Shown here: positions 52,661 through 62,936 of the stretch, piece after piece | Layout of the letters: every line of letters starts with the position of its first letter | Numbering within the stretch: position 1 is the stretch's first letter | Program-made: the position numbers and the translations under genes | The notes under the pieces: model-generated | The model's database searches: none | The model's input: only the letters and a program-made list of their open reading frames with translations | What the model was told of the DNA's origin: nothing | Assembly (NCBI GenBank): GCA_012026655.1 | Contig: JAAILG010001695.1 | Coordinates: 1-62,936, forward strand | Direction of reading: 5' to 3' | Source: Hydrolagus affinis | Lineage: Eukaryota | DNA length: 62,936 nt

Positions 52661-53071
52661 CCACAGTAAAGCAGCAAAAAGCCCTGAAAGTACCACATCA
52701 AGAAATGAGGGGGTCTGGACCATAGGAACCAGAGGTGCCTGTTGAGCCCTCGAGCTGGCTCTGCCAACTTATTCAGTCATGACCAAACATTTCATCCCAT
52801 CTCTTTGCTTGTCTCCTGCCTTCTCTACCCAAGATTATACAAAGAAGATGACAGGAATGGGGATAACAACATGAAATCTGGATAAGAATGAAAATTTCCT
52901 GCACGTTTTTACTAAGCCTCTGAAAGCCAAAGTGTTGACTGATCATTGTCTTCCTTATTACTTTCCGAAACCTTTCCGACAATCACCATGGCAACCGAAT
53001 CCCTCGGAGAGCCTGCTCCAGACATAGTCTGCCTCAGCACTGCGCACACATCCATGAAACCTTTCCTGGAC

Positions 53072-53094
53072 AGAGAGAGAGAGAGAGAGAGAGA
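53072..53094. repeat. (GA)n microsatellite
   Basis: agagagag... run. Confidence 0.9.
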
Positions 53095-54099
53095 CGTGGC
53101 TTGGATCAATGATCAGTCATGCTCTCCCTCCATCTCCTTCTTGTCTAAGTTTGAGCTTATTTCACTTTTTAATAAGATGCGATTTGAGAATTGTTGGCGA
53201 GATAAAGCACTGTTAGGTCCTTTAACAATCATGCTGGATTGGGATGTTTAAACAGAAAAATAGACAGATAATCAGAGCAGTAAAGAGTAAAAAAAAGGCA
53301 TTAAGAGATGTGGAGGAAAGGCAGGGAATGGGATTACAAGATCTGCCATGACGTAAATGTGAAGTCAACCTTATTCCCCTGTAATATCTCTAGATATTTC
53401 CAGATATAGGTTCAGTTCTCTGACCCACCATTTGGAACTCCATTGCAATCCCTTTGTCCCGCTCCCACCCTTGCCTCCTTCAAGGCCCATCTCAAGAACC
53501 TCCTTTTCCATCGAAGACTGTGATGCTGAGAGCTAACTATCCACCATTGTGTTGTCACTAAAACAATGAATTGTGTCTGCCCTTAATGTGCATTATGTTG
53601 ATTAATGACAGATAGCTTGCCTTAGGTCAACCTCCGGCGTCCACCCCACCTTCTCTCCACCCCCAGCTCGGGTCCAAATCCTGGATGGTGTAGTGCTTTG
53701 GGATGTTCTCCCGATGTGAAATGTAATTTGTTGTTACTGTTGTTGTTACAAAGGCAAAACTGTATCAAATGGATGAGAGTGTGGTACGAAGCTGTACGAT
53801 ATCTGATGCAAATTATTATAACATTGTAAAGCAGTGAACCTGAAGTGACATCTAAACCCTGAAGTGACCCTCTCCTACTGATTGTAGCTTTCTCTGAATC
53901 CTGATTCACATCTGATTTGTTCACTGAGTGAAAGCAAAAATTCACAGTGAAGATCAAAGGATTATTGTCACTGTTAAGAAACCTATAAGAGGAACCAATG
54001 CCCAGTGTAAGGGAGAAGAGCAATGAACCAAGTCATTAGTAAGGCTTGGAATTGTACATAGCAAGGTACTGGAAATGATTAAGAGATGGTGAGAAGAAT

Positions 54100-54730
54100 C
54101 TTGATCTCAACAAGTTTGAGTCAAGACTATGGGTTCACACCCTGCATTTGGACGTGGAATTCACATTGGCTGACATTCCAATACAGTACTGAGGATGCCA
54201 TGCGGGTAAGAGGCTTGCCATCTGCCTGTTCAAGTGGACAGTAAAGATCCCGAGACACTATTTAAAGAGACAAGACAGTTTCTCCTGGTGTCCATACTAG
54301 CAATCCACAGAAAAAATGGGACATTCATTTCATGGCTGTTTGTGGGACATTGCCGAGTGCATATTGGCTGTTGCTTCTCCTACAGAATGCACAGATACTG
54401 TACAATCCGAGCGAGCGGTCCATTTATCTAATGATTCTTTGCATCCAGTGGTTCAAGGCTGGACTTAACCCTAGAGATTTTATTCTCCTCCAGCATCCTC
54501 GGCGAGGAATAAAAGAAATCTATTAACACACGGCTCGCACCAATTCAAACAGGATTTTACATTTCAGCTGCCTTGCTTCACCTAATTACTCTGAAGGATT
54601 TTCTTTTTAGTGAGTGACTGAGAATCATGTCATTGCTGACCATCCACAATACTGTCTGAGTGGAGCTCTTTGAAGCTCTTTGAAGCATCTCCCTGAGGTG
54701 GAAGATTCAAAATCAAATGCAAGGATTTTT
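54100..54730 (+). mobile_element. Deu-domain SINE interrupted by a 260-bp insertion (54402-54661)
   Basis: gctgacattccaatacagtactgagg...ttcaagtggacagtaaagatccc...gtttgtgggacattgcc, with the tail resuming after 54661. Confidence 0.6.
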
Positions 54731-54899
54731 ATGATTTAATTATCTTGAACACAAAATTATATTTTCTTATACTTGTCCAGGCAACAGATATTAACGAGAA
54801 AAGAGGAGAAGACATTGGTAAATAGATCAAATGCAATGGTCCAATTATTAGGGGGACTGTCCCTGAATCTAGACAAATATTCAGTTTCGTAGTATTTAA

Positions 54900-55282
54900 T
54901 AACAATAATAATAATACTTTCATGTGTTATCTGCACTTATTATATCCTTGAGACGTCTCAAAGAGCTTTAAAGGATATACTGTAAAGTGAACTGACAGTA
55001 TAATTTGTGGGTGAAACGTGGCAGCCAATTACACACCATAATATGCCACAAACAGTCATGGATTGAGTGATCGAATTATCATTTTTTTTAAAAAGTTAAA
55101 AGGGTAATTATCCCTAGAAAGTGATCCCAATCAACTAATAACCGGGTTCTTACATACGACTAGGTACACAGATGGATGTGGATTAAGGAAATTTGTCTGA
55201 ACTTGTGCCCTGCCCTGGAATCGAACCCAGGTTCTCCCACATGTGAGGTGAGATACTCTAGCCAACACGATACACGACTCCA
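54900..55282 (-). mobile_element. tRNA-SINE (long subfamily), full-length
   Basis: Tail through head all present. Confidence 0.8.
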
Positions 55283-56044
55283 CAAATATTTTAATGTAAA
55301 AGAAAGTGATTTATTGCCGTCATGTTAACGTGACAATAGATACTCACAACCGTATCTACTTTCCAAACCAACATGTTTGGCATTGTAATTGAGCTTCCAG
55401 CCATGTTTACAGGTCTGTAAGAATCAATAAATTAACTGAGGCATTAAACATCAACTAAACTGGGGTATTCTGTGAGTAAGCTGCCATGCACTTAATGTCG
55501 TCTAATTAGCAGGTTTGTGCAGTTACCAGATATTTTTCAACACAAGTAAAAAGTTGAATGTATAGATACAAATCTTATTCTTTACAGCTTCACAAATTAA
55601 CCTGTTCACAAATTCAGCTGAAAAAAGCTACTGCTACTATCTGTAACTGAGCTGTGTGAATGCACACTCCACACCTGCTCTAGGTACTAATATTACAACT
55701 CGCATTCATATAGTGCCCTTCTCATGCGGTAGTGTCTCGGAGTGCTTGATATTATAACATTATCATAATACAAAACCAAGATGCATCTCAAATTACTTCA
55801 CAAGTAATTGCCGGCCACTGTAGGGACTGTGTATTTGCAGCTGTTGTGCACCGTGGGTTTGAGAAACAGCCACAAAGTCAGTGACCAATATATCAGTGGG
55901 ACCTTTGACCAGGAACCCAGAGAATCTACCTTCTCTTTCCCAATGGGGAAGGATATTTAACAACCATCTGGAACTGGCAAGTGTTCCATGTTTTAACATC
56001 TCGATCAAATTATGATAGCACTGACAAGGCTGAAATGTTCTTAC

Positions 56045-56295
56045 CCACACTCCTCTGTTTATGTAGTCGTAAGTAGGAACCCGGTTGCTATTGGCTTTTC
56101 CGGAGTCATAATCCCTCCTATAAAATAATAATTTGCTCAGTCACTGCACAACTGTTGGTGGGACATTGCTGTGTGCAATGGGCCTTGTTTTGCCCACAAA
56201 ATGTACAGTTGCTACACTTCACAGTATATTCTGTGAAGCGCTTGGAGACGTCTCTGAGATGTATACTATATCAATAACAAGGTTTATTATTATCA
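56045..56295 (+). mobile_element. tRNA-SINE (long subfamily), head lost
   Basis: ctctgtttatgtagtcgtaagtaggaacccggttg segment, body and tail. Confidence 0.7.
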
Positions 56296-59200
56296 CTTTA
56301 TTAGAATGCAACACTGCTCTAGTCCCAACCTGACTGTTCAGCGTCTTGGGACATTCTCCTGACGTAAAAGGCGTTCTTATAAAGTTAATTGTATTGTTGT
56401 TGTTTGTTATTGTTGTAGTACTGCAGCAATCAATTTAGACTGTGAGCTTTAAAAGCCCAACTTGGGACTTGAATCCCACCACCTCTGAGCCGAGCCCATC
56501 AATGTGAATGCTACCAATTGAGCCAAGCTGATACTCCCTAAACGTGAGATTAGATTCCACTGTGTTGAATAAAGGGTTATTCCTCTGTTGTAGCCTTTAG
56601 TTTTTGCTCGGTCAGAACCTGCTCAGTGAACTTGGACTGGGTTATAATGCTAAAACTGCTGATGCATTGCTAAACTAAGCCAAAGCCAACACTCGATTCT
56701 ATTAATTTACTCACGTTCTTAACCTGCAGTGTCTCTATGACAGGTACAAACGGCTGAATCAGACAATCCGAGCGAGCGGTCCATTTATCTAATGATTCTT
56801 TGCATCCAGTGGTTCAAGGCTGGACTCAACCCTAGAGATTTCATTCTCCAGCATCCTCGGCGAGGAATAAAAGACCGTGACACTTGTGATCTATTAATAC
56901 ACGGCTCGCACCAATTCAAACAGGATTTTACATTCCAGCTGCCTTGCTTCACCTAATTACTCTGAAGGATTTTCTTTTTAGTGAGTGACTGAGAATCATG
57001 TCATTGCTGACCATCCACAATACTGTCTGAGTCCCATGTAGCTGATTCCTAAAAAGCTAAATGTTCAGTGAAAGTAAAATTATTGTTGGGACTCTGAAGT
57101 TACTGTTACATTGTTCAGCTGGTGCAAGCCAGAGTCTCACTGGATGTGCTCACAATATTTCTTACTAAAATAATAATCCTTGCGTTGGATATACAGTAAC
57201 GCCTTTCACATCATCGGCACGTTTCAAAGAGCTTCACAGGATATACTGTAAAGTGCAGTGACTGTGTATTTTGTGAGTGAAACACAGCAGACAGTTGTAC
57301 ACAGGAATGTCTCACAAACGGCCATGGAGTGAGTACCAATTCTATTGGGGGACTGCTGGCCAGGACTCCAGGAGTAACTCCCTTCTCTTTTTGATTAGTG
57401 CCATGGGAACCTTAATGTCCACCTGAACAGACAGACAGGACCTCGTGTCTCATCTGAAGGAAGGCGCCTCTGATAATGCAACACCCCCTTATAGCACTGC
57501 ACTGGAGTGTCAGCAAATTGTTCCATAAAATGAGTTTGCGGCAGTCTCTCAACCCAGTTGCTAGCAGTGGGATCAGTGGATGTAAATTGTTATTAAATGG
57601 GTCTTGCCACTAGATTATTGACGGGAATGTCTACCTCTTGGAGGAGAAGCATGTTGCTCTGGAGTTCAACTCTGCTCTTGATCTATTCCACTGACTAGCA
57701 GTCTATTTGCAATTGACTAGCAATCGATTGTTGTTGCTATTTGCGCCTTTTATGTCAGGAGGACCTCTCAAAGCTCTTCACCAGGCAGACTCAGAACTGG
57801 GGGTGGGGGGTGGTTAGGGGAGCTTAGGAAGTGGAGAGCGGGAAACGTGTCTATGTTGAAAAAGATGGTCTTAAGGTGAGCTTTAAAGAAAAGGAGGGAG
57901 TAGGCAACACAGAAACTCTGAGATGCTGATGGTGGGGCAGGTTGGTCGGGGAACATGAGATGTCTATTATTAATAATAATAGTAATAATCCTTGCATTTG
58001 ACATAGAGCTTTTCACATCTTCTAGACGTCTCAAAGCGGTTCACACAATATACTCTTAAGTGTATAATTGACTGTACATGACCAATTTGTTATTTTCATA
58101 TATATGAGGGGAGGTGGAGGTGGAGGTAAAGGCTGGGGTGGAGGTCACAGAGATAGGGCACCTTATCTGTTATAATAGTTTCAAAATTTAGAAAAACAAA
58201 CCCAAATTAATTGTACATTCATCTCACGTGGGATGTTGCAGCCACGCATAGAAAAGCTGCCACATTTGCCTGCATAATAATGATCAAAGCAAGTCATCAT
58301 GTGAAGCTCTTTGAGACATTTTGATGTGAACGGGCACGGAATCAAACAAATGTATCTGTTATAAATAACTGAAATGACTAGCTCCATTAAAATTTCTATT
58401 TGTATTAGTCACTCGTTCACCCACAAAATATTCAGTCACTCCACTTTACAGTGCATCCTGTGAAGTACTTTGAGATGTCTCTCTGAAGTGAAAGGCACTG
58501 TATCAATTTACAGATTATTATTGAATTATTACAGGTATTATTACCTTAGTAGTTTTCAGTGTTGTGTCAGCCAGGCGAATAACACTGTCAAGCTATAGAT
58601 GAATAGAAGTTACCTTTCTAAGTATGTTTAAACTTCCAAAAATAGCAACTTTTTGCAGGAGGTTGATATTTTGTTCACTGGGTATTTTGTCAAGCCCTTT
58701 CTGAATAATCATAAAATAATAATCATATTATTACCATCGGCTGTCGGGCATTCAGCCTCTCTGTCGGCACCGTTTGAAGTTCATCCCACAGTGCCCTTGC
58801 CTCGCTCCCACCCTCACCTCCTCCAAGGCAGGTCTCAAAACCCTTCTTGACTGCACCTCCAGCTGCGCTCTTTCCCTACCCTCCCCACCCTCCACGCCCC
58901 CAACCCACCCCAATCCCAACCCCCAGCTTAGTCCAAATCCCTGACTAATTTTGTTGTTCTTTATTCGTTTCCGTTTCCAATTTCCTTGCCTGTTCTCCTG
59001 AAAGCAAAGTTGAGGGTATGTTGCCCCAGGGCACCTTTATCCTTTACTCAAGTGACCGATCCTTATGTTAGAGTCCAGGCAGTGAGCAGCCTAACCCAGC
59101 AACAACAACTTTGATTTACAACAACAACAACAATTTTGATTTATATAGCGCCCTTCACGCCAGACAGCGTCTCAGAGCCCCTCAGAGTGTCTCAGCAGTC

Positions 59201-61192
59201 CTGAGACCAATTGTAGCCGCTCTATTCTGGCCCTGACTGGGCCGAGTTAATGTAGCACAACCCAGGGTTCACACTTGGGACATTCCCAGTTGACGTAGCT
59301 CACACTGGGCAATGACCTTTCAAACTGAATCATCGGAGGAACTCAGTTGCTCTTTATTGCAGCAAGAATGAGTCATTCTTAATAAAAGGTGAATGTTCGA
59401 GGGCTTGAAAGTTAACTCTCGAGTATAAAAACACAGGTGGTGCCTGGTTTGCCCCAGATGAGCCCCGCAGTATTTTTGGTGGTGTGAACGGTTAAGCAAA
59501 CTCTCCAAATACCAAAAATGGAGAGATCGGCAGCTTGTCTACAGAGTCATGGGTAAGGTCATCGATGCCTGTGGTGCAGGGATGCTCTGTGAGAGACTCG
59601 CATTGATGCAGAAGTCTAGGTATTAATCTTGTGGAATTTCGCATAGCTGAAATCACAGTTAAACATCTTAAATTTCACTTAGGAAACACCCTGAAACTCT
59701 ATAACTAAATGATGTACCTCCCGTGTGTTGCAGAGATGAATAGGTAACCCTCTCATTAACCCTCTCATTCCCGACATTGTGAAAGGCTATGTGAAAGGCT
59801 ACTTGTGGCCGGTGGCCGGGACAACTAAATCATTCCCAATGTCTTGCTCTGGCAAACACCAGCCCAGTTAGTAAAGATCAAACTTTTGCTAAATGGCACC
59901 CATAAAATATTTGAAAAGTTGTTTAATTTCTAAGTAAGATAGTTCATTAAGTATGTTCCGGTTTTGTTATGTCTGAGTCACCGAATGATGGATTCTTCGA
60001 CTCTGCTACAGAAACTGGTAAATTGGTTGTTTGTCAATGCAAAAACCTTACTCTATTCAGAACCTTTCTTGCAAATGCTTGGTCTGTTTATCAGGCCTCG
60101 GGATACATTCTATCAGGAAATATTTCAGATGATATTCAATCTTCTGCATCAAGGCAAATATTATAATACCGTGTTTTGTATCTTAAAATAAATGCATTTT
60201 ATCTGAAACAAAACACATTTTGTTTAACTCATGTATCCGGTAATTAGATTTCTAAGTTTATATTTGCACACAGTGTAATCCAGGTGTGATTTATGAAGTC
60301 CTTTATTATGATGGATCTGGATGAAGAAGGCCCTTCGAGCAATCCACTTTCATGCTATGATGAAATATGTATATACATAAAATGTATATATCATGCATCT
60401 AATTTACCTAGCAGTAACAATCTGGTTGTTAGTCGATTGGTAGATCACTTTTCAAGAGTATTAATCCGCCCAAAAAATTGCTCACTCAATCCACGACTAC
60501 TTCTAGGACATCCTGTATGCAATTGGCGTATTATATTATATCAAATGTGAGGATTATACATTGTCTTTAAATTTAGGATTGAGCAGAAATCGTGGAAAAT
60601 TGTTATTTTTCACCTTTTAAAATGCACCTGATCTGAGCGCCTGTGGTCACAAGGACTGCATTTCCCTGCCCAAGATTCATCAACACAAAGTTAATGTAGT
60701 TCTGAAGGGATCCCTTGATATCTGCTAATAAACTCTTCAGCATAATGAGATTTCAGCAAGCTGGAAAGCTGGAAAGATGATTATTTTTAATAAAAATAAG
60801 AGCACAAATCCATTCTCAGCAGTGAGAACACACCGCCTTGCCATCTGCCTCCCTCACTGCCAGCAGTTCAAACCTCTGATTTACGTTCTGTACATTCCCT
60901 TTTTGAATTTTCTTTGATCAGCCTTGTGTCTGACGCCTGCAGAAATCCAAAACCATACTTCAAACTATCCAAAAAAGACTGCAAACTCCACATATGTATG
61001 CCACCTACACACTCCTTTCTGGAATGGAACGCGCACTCCCTCCCTGGTGGGATGCAATAACAACAACAACAAAATTAGATTTGTGTAGTGCCTTTAATCG
61101 CGCTATATGCTCTTTGCACTCTGCTCAATTAATTCTGGAGAATATTATGCGCGGGTTGCAAGACCAAGGCTTGGGCATTGCAGAGTTTGCAT

Positions 61193-61392
61193 TAATAATA
61201 ATAATCCTTGTATTTGATATAGCGCTTTTCACATCTGCTAGACGTCTCAAAGTGCGTCATAGAATATACTGTAAAGTGAATTGACTGTATATTTGTGGGC
61301 AAAACACAGCAGCCAATTGCGCACAACATTGTCCCACAAACAGTCGTCGATTGAAGTGACCAAATAGTATTGTTTTTTTTCAAGGGATTATT
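61193..61392 (-). mobile_element. tRNA-SINE, 5'-truncated
   Basis: Near-consensus tail and body. Further fragments lie at about 1990, 7740, 8470, 18870, 25750, 26890, 29440, 32975, 33365, 36440, 39700, 46640, 47465, 48105, 57170, 57968, 58420, 60400 and 61935. Confidence 0.85.
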
Positions 61393-61524
61393 AGCAGTTT
61401 CAAGTTGAGTCATTTCAACTTGATAAGGAAGGCTGTATAAAAATAGAACATCACTACAGAGGAGGAGAGATGGGAGAACAATTTCTAGCCTTTAATAAAT
61501 TAAAATAATTCCATTTAATAAAAC

Positions 61525-61803
61525 ACCTTATCACACCATCAAGACATTTCGAAGCACTTCACAAGAATTGTAGGCAAAGGTGTCAGCCAATTCAATACAC
61601 ATAGCGACATCCCAATGCTTTATTTTGTCTGGAGGCTTTATTAGCTTGGATACCAGGAGACATTTCCTTTTCTTTTCAAATAGCTGCCAAGGGATCTTTA
61701 ACTTCCACCTGAACAGACGCAAAGAACCTCGGTTTAATTTCTCATCTGAAAGGTGGCACCTCTGACAATGGCAGGGCTCCGTCAACACTGTATCGGAGTG
61801 TCG
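61525..61803 (-). mobile_element. Deu-domain SINE
   Basis: gggatctttaacttccacctgaacagac...ctcggtttaatttctcatctgaaaggtggcacctctgacaatg is the reverse complement of the Deu core; similar pieces at ~9505-9660, 33130-33240, 36600-36890, 52020-52300 and 57360-57512. Confidence 0.65.
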
Positions 61804-62936
61804 TTAATGGCAGAGGGTAAACAAAACCGTCAGATAGGACAGGACTCCTCTTCTGATCACTGCCTGGTTACTGATACCGTCATTGAGTAAAGTTGGGCAG
61901 AAGTGAAAGAATAACGCATCCTGTTCTTTGTGATAATGCCCACAAAATACACAGTGAATTCACTTTACAGTATATTCGGTGAAGTGCTTTGAGATGTTAC
62001 AAAGACATGATAAGGCACTATAACAAATGCAAGGGCTTTGTTATTATTATTATGTATCAATAACAACTCGCATTAACAACAACAACAAAATGACATTTGT
62101 GTAGCGTCTTTCACGTCAGCAGGACCGTCCCAGATAACACACTTCACATGTAAGGGTGTACAAGTCTCATCTTGATTGACTGCTTTGGTTGGTGGATTGA
62201 CAAAGAAATAAAGTCATGTTGGAGAATCTTCAGGTCTTTATCTTACCGTTTGCTGGACCTCTGATTCCTCCTTTGAATAAATAAAAGTAAACCTTGCGTT
62301 TCCTCTGGCACCTTTCATGTCTGGATGACGTATCACAGCCCTTCTCAGGATTTACTGGAAAATGTAGTGATTGTGTATCGTGTGGGTAAATGTGGCTTAC
62401 AAAACGTACCACAATCAACACTCCTGGAACTCCAAATTCAGACAACTAAGTGTCAGCTTATTGCAAAGTACACAGAAGGAGCTATACTTTGTACTGCAGC
62501 TGACCTGGAAGTGTGGGTGTGTGGAGGGAGCTTACGATTTGTCTCTGAGCAGTGCAATGCCTGACCTCCGAGTGCTGGATTGTGGTTGCCTCAAAACAAC
62601 AACAAAAACAAATTGTATTTATATAGCGCTTTTCACGTGGGTAGGACATCCCAAGGCGCTGGACAATGAGGGGTTTGCACCCAAGGTGCAGGTTGGGATC
62701 ATAGGTGGGTGAAGAGCAAGGTGGGTGGAGGAGGGAAGGTTACCGAAAGCAATGTCAAACATTGCATTGTGCCACCACCAACGTCCTCGCTTTGACGAGC
62801 GCAGAATTCACTGTTAGTGGAGAGTGTGCTGGTGCAGAGCGGAAACTAGCTGTTTAAAGAAAGCTCTGTTTTTTAAATTGACAGTTAATCCCAGGGAACC
62901 ACAACATGTTAAATAAAAACATTGCATCTCACCGAG

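Larger units (their letters stand above)
54402..57032 (+). repeat. Dispersed direct duplication of ~260 bp (54402-54661 and 56763-57032)
   Basis: Near-identical copies starting acaatccgagcgagcggtccatt and ending caatactgtctgagt. Confidence 0.95.

Noticed and set aside
52912-53109. ORF with SVAMVIVG as a possible RIMS3 first coding exon
   Set aside because: No real similarity to the RIM N-terminal exon, and the frame runs into a stop
1-62936. CRISPR array, operon or prokaryotic defence system suggested by the recurring ~30-60 bp motifs
   Set aside because: The DNA is vertebrate and intron-containing; the recurring motifs are dispersed SINE/LINE parts with no regular repeat-spacer periodicity and no cas-like ORFs

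Overview
Vertebrate (eukaryotic) genomic DNA, most likely from a cartilaginous fish. The SINE/LINE repertoire suggests a holocephalan such as elephant shark, but that is an inference. The window holds two convergent, intron-containing genes. On the + strand are the last six coding exons of SMAP2 (ArfGAP family; 547-10114; 287 aa in the window), followed by a repeat-free ~5.3 kb putative 3'UTR. On the - strand are the last five coding exons of RIMS3 (RIM3-gamma C2B protein; 23077-29384) with a long putative 3'UTR. All junctions are GT-AG and phase-consistent. The N-terminal RIMS3 coding exon is not recognisable, so 29385-62936 is probably one >33 kb intron. The rest is dominated by repeats: more than 30 copies of a tRNA-headed SINE, older Deu-domain SINEs, L2 and CR1 LINE fragments, a Tc1/mariner-pogo-type MITE family (3 copies) and one hAT MITE. 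Almost all ORFs in the supplied track are spurious or TE-derived. I find no evidence for a wholly new biological system. The best second-look items are an in-frame alternative donor adding 13 aa to the RIMS3 C2B domain, a hAT MITE carrying a perfect CTCF core, a 260-bp templated duplication inserted inside a SINE, an X-box/GC-rich element bracketed by inverted SINEs, and a palindromic bidirectional poly(A) signal between the two genes.
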